From Myxococcales bacterium (GTDB lineage Bacteria > Myxococcota_A > Polyangia > Polyangiales > Polyangiaceae): a stretch of DNA of 64,000 nucleotides. Shown here piece after piece: positions 19,906 to 28,039 of the stretch. The stretch spans positions 537,516-601,515 of the forward strand of contig JADKKK010000003.1 of NCBI GenBank assembly GCA_016720545.1, read 5' to 3'. Within the stretch, counting starts at the first letter, position 1. The number at the start of each line of letters is the position of its first letter. Both the position numbers and the translations under genes were made by a program. A model generated the notes under the pieces. That model saw only the letters and a program-made list of their open reading frames with translations. It did not search any database and was not told the DNA's origin.

Positions 19906-21087
19906 ATGGAACCTGTCGATCCGCGCGCGCTCCGGCCGCACTACGGCGCTTTTCTCCGACCTGGCCGCGTGCTCCTCACCGGGCACTCCCACCAGGCCTG
20001 GCCGGACGCGGCACGCGCGGGCCACCTCGAGGCGTTCGAGGCCGCGGCGGCGCACGTCGACGACAAATGGGCGAGCGCGTTCGAGGCCGCGGGGGCCGTC
20101 CGGGCGAGCGTCGCGTCCCACCTCGGCGTGCGCCCCGGCTCGGTGGCGCTGGGCGCGAGCACGCACGATCTGGTGGTGCGGCTGCTGTCCGCTCTGCCGC
20201 TCGGCAGGAGACGCCACGTCGTGGCGACCGCCGGCGAGTTTCACACCCTGTACCGCCAGCTGACCCGCCTCGCCGAGGAGGGCGTCGAGGTCGAGCTCGT
20301 CCCGACCGAGCCCGTCGCGACGCTCGCGGAGCGCTTGGCGGCGGCCGTCCGCGACGACACGGCCGCGCTGTTCGCTTCGACCGTCCTCTTCGAGAGCGGC
20401 GCGGTGGTCCCGCACCTCGCCGACGCCGCCGTCGCCGCGCGGGCTCGCGGGGCCGAGGTCGTCTTGGACGCGTACCACCACTTCATGGTGAGGCCGCTCT
20501 CGGCCTCGGACTACGCGGGCGGCGACGTGTTCGTCCTCGGCGGCGGCTACAAGTACGCGCAGTGGGGCGAGGGCGTGTGCTTCATGACCGTGCCCGCGTC
20601 GTGCGCGCTGCGCCCGGTGGTGACGGGCTGGTTCTCCGACTTCGCCGGCCTCGGGGCGCCCCGAGGCCAGGGCCCGGTGGGGTACGGGCCGACCCTCGCC
20701 GACCGCTTCGCGGGCTCGACCTACGACCCCACGAGCCACTTCCGCGCGCGCGCCGTCGCGGCGTTCTTCTCCACGCAGGGCCTCACACCTGGGCGCCTCG
20801 AGGAGAGCTACATGCGCCAAACAACACGTATTTTTGAGGGCCTTGCGGGCGCGGGGCTCGCGCTCGTCTCCCCCACCGACGCGCTCGCTCGCGGCGGGTT
20901 CGTGGCCGCGCGCCTCGCGAGCCCGGACGCGGCATCGGCGGTGGTGAAGGGCCTCCGCGACGAGGGCGTGTGGGTCGACGCCCGCGGCCCGTTGGCGCGC
21001 CTCGGGCCCGCGCCGTACGTCACGGACGACGAGCTCGACCTCGGGGTGGAGGCGTTCGTACGCCACGCGCTGGCTGCGCGGTCGTGA
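19906..21087 (+). CDS. class V aminotransferase-fold PLP-dependent enzyme (kynureninase-like)
   Basis: 393 aa with a fold-type-I PLP enzyme layout, resembling the kynureninase/SufS family by eye. The assignment is tentative. Confidence 0.55.
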   Translation: MEPVDPRALRPHYGAFLRPGRVLLTGHSHQAWPDAARAGHLEAFEAAAAHVDDKWASAFEAAGAVRASVASHLGVRPGSVALGASTHDLVVRLLSALPLGRRRHVVATAGEFHTLYRQLTRLAEEGVEVELVPTEPVATLAERLAAAVRDDTAALFASTVLFESGAVVPHLADAAVAARARGAEVVLDAYHHFMVRPLSASDYAGGDVFVLGGGYKYAQWGEGVCFMTVPASCALRPVVTGWFSDFAGLGAPRGQGPVGYGPTLADRFAGSTYDPTSHFRARAVAAFFSTQGLTPGRLEESYMRQTTRIFEGLAGAGLALVSPTDALARGGFVAARLASPDAASAVVKGLRDEGVWVDARGPLARLGPAPYVTDDELDLGVEAFVRHALAARS

Positions 21088-21124
21088 GCGAGCCGTCGTT
21101 TCGAGCGTAGGCGCCCTCGCGTGC

Positions 21125-22102
21125 TCAGCGCGCGAGGAGCGCCCGCAGCGCCGCGAGCGGATCGAACCCGAGCACGCCCGCGAGGTCGGTGTCGCCCGCC
21201 GCCGCGCCCACCGTGTCGCGGAGCAGCGAGAGCACCGGCTCGAGCCTGCGCACGGCGGGGAGCCTCCCGATGCGCTCGGCCGCGAACCTCGCCCCGTCGA
21301 TGCCGAGGGCGAGCGCGATGGCGGGCGGCACCGGGGACACGGACACCTCGCGGATGGCCACCGCGCGGCCCCACTCGCCGGGTCGGGCCTCGCGCTGGAG
21401 GCGCTGGAAGGTGTCGACCTCGGCGAAGACGCCCAGCGCGAGCGGGCCGTAGAGCTCCTCGACGGTACGTGCGAGATACATGTCGTCTCGGCGCCAGTCA
21501 CCCGAGAGGTGCCCCGTGCGAGGGAGCACCTCCGCGGGCCCGGCGAGGACATCGAAGCCGCTGCCCTGCCGACGGAGCACGGCCATCGTGTAGAGCTCGC
21601 CCTGGTCGAAGAGGCCGAGCATCACCGACTTGCCCGACGGGCACACCGAGTCGAGGGCGCGACGCACCACGGTCTGCGTGGGCGGCGGCACGCCGTGCAG
21701 GCGACGCGGCCAGCGCTCGAGCAGTCCCTCGGCGGTCATCTGCTGCACGATCCCCACGAGCGTGAGCGCCTGCGCCGTGAGGTCGTCGCTGCGCCGGAGC
21801 CGCGCGCCGAAGCGCTCCATGATCTCCTCGAGGGCGTAGCGCTCGGCGGCGATCGCGAAGCTCGCGCCGTGGCGCGCGGCGAGCTCCGGGAGCGGGGTCG
21901 GCCAGGGACCGCCCGGCGTGAGCCGGCCGCGCTTCGTGTGGACCAGCTTCCGGATGACGCCGCCCTCGTGGAGCACGAAGAGCCCGCCGCGCGCCCGCTC
22001 GGCCTCGCGATCCTCGGTGCGCGCCCGCGGCTTCCACAGCGCGAGGAACCGAGACCACGACTCGTGGGTCCACCCTTCGAAGCGAACGTCGGCGGTCAAC
22101 AT
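21125..22102 (-). CDS. hypothetical protein
   Basis: 325-aa protein-like C-terminal part of track ORF 21125-24358 (MLTADVRFEGW...). The upstream 750 aa are Arg/Glu junk that overlap real plus-strand genes. ATG at 22102. Confidence 0.55.
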   Translation of the reverse strand: MLTADVRFEGWTHESWSRFLALWKPRARTEDREAERARGGLFVLHEGGVIRKLVHTKRGRLTPGGPWPTPLPELAARHGASFAIAAERYALEEIMERFGARLRRSDDLTAQALTLVGIVQQMTAEGLLERWPRRLHGVPPPTQTVVRRALDSVCPSGKSVMLGLFDQGELYTMAVLRRQGSGFDVLAGPAEVLPRTGHLSGDWRRDDMYLARTVEELYGPLALGVFAEVDTFQRLQREARPGEWGRAVAIREVSVSPVPPAIALALGIDGARFAAERIGRLPAVRRLEPVLSLLRDTVGAAAGDTDLAGVLGFDPLAALRALLAR

Positions 22103-22213
22103 GGGCTGAAAAACAAAGACCCCAAGCGCGCCCGTTCTGCAATCGTTTCCCGCGAGCCCGCGGCGTGTCGCTTCGCCGAGCGGCGCCGCCTCGTGGGCTG
22201 CTAGGTTCGCGCC

Positions 22214-23161
22214 GTGGACGCCACCCCCACGACCGCCGAGTCGCTCTTCCTCTCCCACTTCCTGCCGCTCTACCCCGAGTCGGCCCGCGCCGACCTCGGG
22301 CTCGCCCGGGCGACCGACGCGAACCCGGGCAAGAACCCCGCGCTCGTCGACCAGCTCGAAGACACGGCGCTGCGCTTCGCGGCCCTCTTTCCGCGGCTGG
22401 TAGAGGGCGCCGTCCTCGACTTCTCCGACGCCAGCGTGCACCGGCTGAGCGCGTCGCTCACGAGAGAGCGCCGCGAGGCCTGGGCGAGCGACGGCGGCGC
22501 CGCGGGGGCGGCCGACAACACGCTCTTCAACGTGGTGGTGCATGGCGCCGCGTACGTGGCGGCGTGCATCGTCAAGAACCACGGCGGCCGCTGGGCGGTC
22601 CGCAACCCGCTCTGGGAGAGCCTGGTGTCGCTCACCTCGCGCGCGGGCACGGGCGATCTGCCCGTGTTCCACTGGTGGCTCAAGGCGCTCTCCGACGCGG
22701 CGCTGGCGGGCGAGGCGAACCTCTCGGACCGGTACCGAGCGCAGGTCGAGCTCCCGTGCGCGCGCCCCGAGACCTGGCCGCGATTGTTCGAGGGCGAGCG
22801 GTCGCTGCCGCGCATCACCAAGGTGCGGTACGACGTGCTGCACAAGTACCTGAAGGCGCACGTGCCCGAGGTCCGTGATCTCGGCGTGGTGTTCCCCTCC
22901 CCGGAGCGCTTCGACGAGCTCGGCTTCAAGTGGCTCGACGTGCGGGCGCTCGGCGACAACCGAGTGCTGCTCATCTCGGGCCTCGCGCGCGCCGGGTTTC
23001 ACCTCTTCTTCCTGACGGCGTCCGGCTTCGACAAGGCACTTTACTATCCCGCCGACTCGTTCCCCGAGCCGGTGGTGCGCCCCCGCGGCGACAAGCTGGA
23101 GGTGCACCTCGCCGTCGGCACCCAGCCGGTCGTCCACGAGATGCTCTACTGGGGCCTGTAG
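22214..23161 (+). CDS. hypothetical protein
   Basis: GTG-initiated 315-aa ORF with balanced composition, divergent from the preceding gene. No recognised domain. Confidence 0.55.
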   Translation: MDATPTTAESLFLSHFLPLYPESARADLGLARATDANPGKNPALVDQLEDTALRFAALFPRLVEGAVLDFSDASVHRLSASLTRERREAWASDGGAAGAADNTLFNVVVHGAAYVAACIVKNHGGRWAVRNPLWESLVSLTSRAGTGDLPVFHWWLKALSDAALAGEANLSDRYRAQVELPCARPETWPRLFEGERSLPRITKVRYDVLHKYLKAHVPEVRDLGVVFPSPERFDELGFKWLDVRALGDNRVLLISGLARAGFHLFFLTASGFDKALYYPADSFPEPVVRPRGDKLEVHLAVGTQPVVHEMLYWGL

Positions 23162-23230
23162 CAGCTCGCTCGCGCCGCCCGCGGGCGCCGACCGTGCGGC
23201 GGTTTTCGCGCGCCGTGGTAGAGAGTCCCC

Positions 23231-23842
23231 ATGACCGCGAAGGCCGAGACCCCCGCGCCAAAGCCCGATGAGACCCCCGCGAAGAAGGCCGACCCGTCGG
23301 ATGGCGCGTTCTACGTCGTGAGCCTCGCCGTGGTCGTGCTCGCGCTCCTCTTCGGCTTCTTCGGGCTCCCCAAGATGTTCCGCACGGCGCACGCCGAGCG
23401 CATCGGGAAAGTGGCGCCCGACTTCACCCTGCCGGTCCTCTCCAACGGGGACGCGCTCGGCCCGAAGACCGAGCAGATCGCGCTCGCGTCGCTCAAGGGG
23501 CGGCCGGTGCTGCTCGACTATTGGGCCACGTGGTGCGGCCCCTGCCAGGCCGAGGCGCCCGTCGTCGATCGCATCTACCGTCGCCACAAGGAGCGCGGCC
23601 TCGTGGTCCTCGGCGTGAACGTGAACGCGAAGAACGACCTCGACTCGGTGGCGCCCTGGGTTCAGCGCAAAGGGCTGAGCTTCCCCATCCTGCACGACTT
23701 CGACAACTCGGGGTCGGCCGCGTTCAACGTCACGAACATCCCCACGCTGGTGCTCATCTCGCGCGAGGGCAAGGTGGTCGCGATCCGCACCGGCGTCACG
23801 AGCGACGAGGACCTCGATCGCCTCGTGAAGGAAGCCCTGTAG
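23231..23842 (+). CDS. TlpA/ResA-like thiol:disulfide oxidoreductase (thioredoxin fold), membrane-anchored
   Basis: N-terminal TM segment VVSLAVVVLALLFGFFGL. Thioredoxin active site LLDYWATWCGPCQAEAP. Confidence 0.8.
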   Translation: MTAKAETPAPKPDETPAKKADPSDGAFYVVSLAVVVLALLFGFFGLPKMFRTAHAERIGKVAPDFTLPVLSNGDALGPKTEQIALASLKGRPVLLDYWATWCGPCQAEAPVVDRIYRRHKERGLVVLGVNVNAKNDLDSVAPWVQRKGLSFPILHDFDNSGSAAFNVTNIPTLVLISREGKVVAIRTGVTSDEDLDRLVKEAL

Positions 23843-23956
23843 CGTCGGCTGCTGACCGGCCTCGGCTCGGCCTCGGGTCCGCGGCGGCGCCGAACGCGCC
23901 GGGGCGCGCGGCCGCCCGGGGCGCCCCGGCGGGTTTCCCTTCCTTGGCCACGAAGC

Positions 23957-24403
23957 GTGCGCAATCATGCGGGCGTGTCGGATGACGAGACCCACGGCCC
24001 AACTCCGAGGCCCTTCCCCCCCTTTCCGTCGGTCAAGGCGCCGCCGCCGGGACGCGGCCTCGACCCGCGCCAGGCGCACGCGCTGAAGCTCGACGAGGGG
24101 CTCGCCGGCAGGCTGCCGACCGCGGTCGACACCGGCGTGGGCTTCCGGGCTTCCGCGGTCGATCTCGGAGAATTGAAGGAGCTCATCGAGGGCGGCACCC
24201 GGCGGCTCACCCTCCAGCAGCTCCACACGCGCTGGGACGACGACGTGCGCGGCTTCATCCACTCGGTCGTGACGAGCTGGGTGCAGCGCCCCCGCGACAT
24301 CGCGGGCGAGCTGCTCGCCGATCGGGTGCGCGTGCGCTTCGTGACGCAGGACGACCACGGCGAGTACTCGTACGCGTTCGACGTCTTCCCAAGGAGCCCG
24401 TGA
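23957..24403 (+). CDS. hypothetical protein
   Basis: GTG-initiated 148-aa ORF. Its stop overlaps the next gene's start. Confidence 0.4.
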   Translation: MRNHAGVSDDETHGPTPRPFPPFPSVKAPPPGRGLDPRQAHALKLDEGLAGRLPTAVDTGVGFRASAVDLGELKELIEGGTRRLTLQQLHTRWDDDVRGFIHSVVTSWVQRPRDIAGELLADRVRVRFVTQDDHGEYSYAFDVFPRSP

Positions 24404-24672
24404 CCGCGAGCGACGCGCTCGGCGCGGCCGAGATCGCGCTGCTACGCGAGGTGCGCCTGTCCGACGAGGACCACGGCGGGCTCGACTCGCGCGAGCTCTC
24501 CCGCGACGAGTACGACACCATGGACCGCCTCTGCGCGCTCGGGCTGGTCGAGGCGATCGGCGAATACGGCGAGGCGCCCGACGGCGAGGAAGACGAGCGC
24601 GAGGCGGGCGACTCCGAGATCGTCTACCGCGTCACCGGCGCCGGGGTGGCGGCGCTCGCGGAGCGTGGCTGA
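24400..24672 (+). CDS. small acidic hypothetical protein
   Basis: 90 aa, Asp/Glu-rich. GTG overlaps the upstream stop (GTGA). Confidence 0.4.
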   Translation: MTASDALGAAEIALLREVRLSDEDHGGLDSRELSRDEYDTMDRLCALGLVEAIGEYGEAPDGEEDEREAGDSEIVYRVTGAGVAALAERG

Positions 24673-24816
24673 GGTGGGGCAGCCGGTGCGGCGTGGGTGT
24701 GAGGGCGTTCCCCCCTCACGCTCCCCCCTTCGCGGCGCGTGTTGTCGGCGTGGCTGAGGCGCGCGAGCGGCGAAAGAGAGGGCGCCGCTGCGATGAACGG
24801 GCGTGGCCGCCGTGCG

Positions 24817-25233
24817 TCAGTCGTGAGAGTGCGCCGCGTCGGTGGCGGCGTCCGCCTGGGGCTTCGCGTCGGTCGCGGCGTCGCCCGAGCCCGCGTCGGC
24901 GGTCACCGGCGGCGCGGCCTTGCAGAGCGCGAGGCAGGAGTCCTTCTTCGCCACGCACGCCTCGTCGCTCGTCGCCGACTCCGCCGCTTCGTGGCACTCG
25001 TGGATCTGCCCGGTGCCCGGATCGACCGGGTGGCAGGCGTCGATGATGGCGAGGCACGTGGCGAACGAGGTCGTCCCGTGGGAGTGATCGTCCGAGCACC
25101 CCGCCCCGACGACGAGGGCCATGGTCGCGAGGGCGGAGGCGAAGAGCAGGGAGCGCAGGGAGCGCAGGGAGCGCAGGGAGCGCAGGGAGCGCAGGGAGCG
25201 CAGGGAGAACGAGGCGAGCGACGGCGACTTCAT
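24817..25233 (-). CDS. Cys/His-rich lipoprotein (putative metal-binding), with SLR-repeat signal peptide
   Basis: MKSPSLASFSLRSLRSLRSLRSLRSLRSLLFASALATMALVVGAGCSDDHSHG... The mature part has 9 Cys and HxH/CH pairs (IDACHP, HECHEAA, DAAHSHD). Confidence 0.5.
   Translation of the reverse strand: MKSPSLASFSLRSLRSLRSLRSLRSLRSLLFASALATMALVVGAGCSDDHSHGTTSFATCLAIIDACHPVDPGTGQIHECHEAAESATSDEACVAKKDSCLALCKAAPPVTADAGSGDAATDAKPQADAATDAAHSHD
25145..25210. repeat. 9-bp tandem repeat (AGCGCAGGG x7) inside the signal-peptide coding region
   Basis: Perfect tandem copies. On the minus strand they encode (SLR)n. Confidence 0.85.
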
Positions 25234-25260
25234 GGCGCCAGGGAACCACGTCACGCGCGC

Positions 25261-25359
25261 CTACCCATGCGACCCGTTGTCGCACCATGTTCCTGCCGTG
25301 CTCCCTTCGGTCGCGTGGCCTAGGCACGCCGCTCGCCTGCGGCTCGCTTGCATGTTCAT
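25261..25359 (-). promoter_or_regulatory. copy A of conserved leader element / mini-ORF (MNMQASRRRAACLGHATEGSTAGTWCDNGSHG*)
   Basis: About 60 nt are near-identical to copy C: ATGAACATGCAAGCGAGCC-GCAGGCGAGCGGCGTGCCTAGGCCACGCGACCGAAGGGAG. It ends 28 nt upstream of the lipoprotein ATG at 25233. Confidence 0.5.
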
Positions 25360-25416
25360 GCAACTTGCATGCAGTTCTACTGGGGAGCCCCGAGTGGTTG
25401 CGTGGCGACGGACGCC

Positions 25417-27159
25417 TCACCAGTTCCACGGCGTCGGCGGCGGCCACAAGCCTTCGGCGCTGCCGTTCGCAAAGAAGTACTCCGCCCAGCGCCGCTCCGT
25501 CTGGGCGGCCTCGCCGGTGAGGCGCGGATTGATCGGCGGCGCGCGGAGCGTGCCCTTCTTGAGGCCTTCTTCCATCGTGGCTGCGAACGGACGCTCGAGG
25601 AAATACGCAGCTTCCCTATCGAACTCGCCCAACAAGAGCCTCGTCGCCTCGGCCTCGCCCTTGTTGCTCTCGATCTCGACCCTGACCGAGAGCGGCTCGT
25701 CGAGCACGATGGGCGGGGAGGTCGCGAGGGTGATGCGCTGCCGGACCTTCGCCGTCCAGATGGTGAAGTGGTCGGTCTTGGTCGTGGTCGACGTCTTCAT
25801 CACGGGGCGTTGAGCGGGCGGGAGCTTCTGGATTTCGTCGGCGATCCGCTTCTCTTGCGCTGCGACCAGCGGTCGTAGCTCCGCGGCGCGGCGCTCGGCC
25901 TGCCCCTGTTGGAGCACGGCCGAGCCACACTGGACCTTCGAGTAGACCGGCCCACCGACCCGGCTGTTCGCGCCGGTCTTGCCGGGGTCGACGCCCTCGA
26001 ACTTGTCGCAGCCTCGGTTCGCCTTCGCCGTCTCGATGTCCTTCTCGACCGCGGCGAGCTCGCTCCGCAGCTCTCCGAGCCTTCGATCCAGCTCGCGGAG
26101 CGGGGCGAGCGCCGCCTCGCGCGCCGGGTTCGCTTCTTGAACCGTGAAGTTCTTCGAGACGGTGCTCGTCGAGCGGGTGTTCCCCGCGCGCTTCACGTCG
26201 GAGATGCTGCGCGGGCCGACCGTCACCGCATAGAGGGTCCTGCCCGCCGCGACCGCGTGTTGCTTGAGCGCGTCTGGCTGGTACAGCCTGCCGTCCGACA
26301 TGCAGTATCGGTAGCCGGGCGGGGCGTTCGCGCTGAGGCCGCCTCGAAACCAATAGGCCGTCTCAGGGACTTGTCTCCCCCAATCGACGAGCGGCATCGC
26401 GCGTCCACACGCCGGCAGGAGCGCTCGCAGGAGGCCGTCCCGCGTGTGTCTCGTCAGCGCGTCGTTGACGTCGTCGACGGAGATGCTGAATTTGAGGTGG
26501 TAGTAGATGCCGGCCGCGGTGAACGGGGCTTCGGCCTCCAACTTCGCCGTGCGCGCGAGGAACCGCGAGAACCCGGGCTTGTTGAGCAGCGTCAGCGGGC
26601 TCACCTTCGTGCGGTCCAGCTCGGCGAGCTGGGCGTCTCCGAGGGCGGCCTCCTTGTCGCTCGCGATCTTGGCCGCGGCGCTCTGACGCGCGGCGACTTC
26701 TCGGTCGCGTACGGCCTCGCGAGCCATCACACGCGCGTGCGCCGCCTGGTCGAAGACTTTGTAGGAGGCTCGGGCGGTTTTGTCGCGGGTTCCGTTGATG
26801 TCTTCGGTCGCGCCTCTCCACCCGACGGCGACGAGGCGGCTTCCCTCGAAGACCCACTCGAGCGTCACCGGGACGTCCCGCCTTCGCCCGTCGTCGTACA
26901 GCGGCGCGTCCGTCCGGAGGATCGTCACGTGATAGACCTCGGGGCCTCCGGTGATGCGCTCTCCGACTCGATCGACGAACACCTCAGCGGGCAACGCGGC
27001 GGCCTGTTGCTTGAGGGTCGCGAGGTCGGTCCCTGCGATGGGCATCCCCGCGACCGACTTGCCCGCCTCGAAGTCCGTGAAACGCACGCTCGACACGCCG
27101 CCGCCACACCCTGCGAGCAAGAGAGCGGCGAGGGCACCGAGCGAGAAGAAGGCGCGCAT
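25417..27159 (-). CDS. large lipoprotein, hypothetical
   Basis: Signal MRAFFSLGALAALLLAGCGGG (LAGC lipobox). 580 aa, no recognised domain. Confidence 0.6.
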   Translation of the reverse strand: MRAFFSLGALAALLLAGCGGGVSSVRFTDFEAGKSVAGMPIAGTDLATLKQQAAALPAEVFVDRVGERITGGPEVYHVTILRTDAPLYDDGRRRDVPVTLEWVFEGSRLVAVGWRGATEDINGTRDKTARASYKVFDQAAHARVMAREAVRDREVAARQSAAAKIASDKEAALGDAQLAELDRTKVSPLTLLNKPGFSRFLARTAKLEAEAPFTAAGIYYHLKFSISVDDVNDALTRHTRDGLLRALLPACGRAMPLVDWGRQVPETAYWFRGGLSANAPPGYRYCMSDGRLYQPDALKQHAVAAGRTLYAVTVGPRSISDVKRAGNTRSTSTVSKNFTVQEANPAREAALAPLRELDRRLGELRSELAAVEKDIETAKANRGCDKFEGVDPGKTGANSRVGGPVYSKVQCGSAVLQQGQAERRAAELRPLVAAQEKRIADEIQKLPPAQRPVMKTSTTTKTDHFTIWTAKVRQRITLATSPPIVLDEPLSVRVEIESNKGEAEATRLLLGEFDREAAYFLERPFAATMEEGLKKGTLRAPPINPRLTGEAAQTERRWAEYFFANGSAEGLWPPPTPWNW

Positions 27160-27246
27160 CGTTCGATGTTCTCGTGCGCGTGGCCGCGACGCAACCTCAC
27201 TGGTCGTCGTGGGCGCGCCGCCCCGCGGGCACGCGGGGACGAGAGC

Positions 27247-28023
27247 CTACTTGAGGAGCCAGCCGAACAGCAGCTGCTTGGTGGCCTGTCGGGACACCTG
27301 CGCGATGCTGTCCACCAGGGGGATCTCCTTCGGGCAGACCTCGACGCAGTTCTGCGCCTTGCCGCAGTCGGCCACGCCGCCCTCGCCCATCAGGGTCTCG
27401 AGGCGCTCGGCCGCGTGCATCTTGCCGCTCGGGTGCAGGTTGAAGAGGCGCACCTGGCTGATGGCGGAGGGGCCGATGAAGCTCGACCCTTCGTTCACCT
27501 GCGGGCACGCCTCCATGCAGCAGCCGCAGGTCATGCAGCGCGAGAGGGGGTAGGCCTCCTCCTGGTTCTCGGGCGACTGCCGCGGCGCCGGGCCGAGCTC
27601 GTGCGAGCCGTCCAGGTTGATCCAGGCCTTCACCTTCTTGAGATCGTTGAACATTCGGCTGCGGTCGACGACGAGGTCCCGCACGAGCGGGAACTTGGTC
27701 ATCGGCGCGAGCTCGATCGGCTCGCCGTTCGGGGAGAGCTGATCGATGAGCGCGGTGCAGGACTGCCGCACCTTGCCGTTCACGAGCATCGTGCAAGCGC
27801 CGCAGACCTCCTCGAGGCACACGGACTCCCACACGACGGGCGCCACGGTCTTTCCCTGGACGGTGACCGGGTTCCGCTGGATCTCCATCAGGACGCTGAT
27901 GACGTTCATCTGCGGGTGCCACTCGACGTCGAACTCCTCGACGCGCTTGGTCTCGGGGGAGTGCGGCCCGTCTTGGCGGTGGACGCGCACGCGCTGGGTC
28001 TTCGCGGACTTGTTGGTTGCCAT
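27247..28023 (-). CDS. sdhB: succinate dehydrogenase / fumarate reductase iron-sulfur subunit
   Basis: 2Fe-2S (CxxxxC..C), 4Fe-4S and 3Fe-4S cysteine clusters: SVCLEEVCGACTMLVNG, CMTCGCCMEACP, CGKAQNCVEVCPK. Confidence 0.9.
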   Translation of the reverse strand: MATNKSAKTQRVRVHRQDGPHSPETKRVEEFDVEWHPQMNVISVLMEIQRNPVTVQGKTVAPVVWESVCLEEVCGACTMLVNGKVRQSCTALIDQLSPNGEPIELAPMTKFPLVRDLVVDRSRMFNDLKKVKAWINLDGSHELGPAPRQSPENQEEAYPLSRCMTCGCCMEACPQVNEGSSFIGPSAISQVRLFNLHPSGKMHAAERLETLMGEGGVADCGKAQNCVEVCPKEIPLVDSIAQVSRQATKQLLFGWLLK

Positions 28024-28039
28024 GGTGGTGTCGTTCTCC

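Noticed and set aside
19045-21552. 835-aa minus ORF spanning msrA and the PLP-enzyme gene.
   Set aside because: Ser/Arg-rich with no domains. It is antisense to two well-supported genes.
21125-24358. The upstream 750 aa of the 1077-aa minus ORF.
   Set aside because: Only the last 325 aa look like protein. The rest is antisense to the plus-strand genes at 22214-24403.
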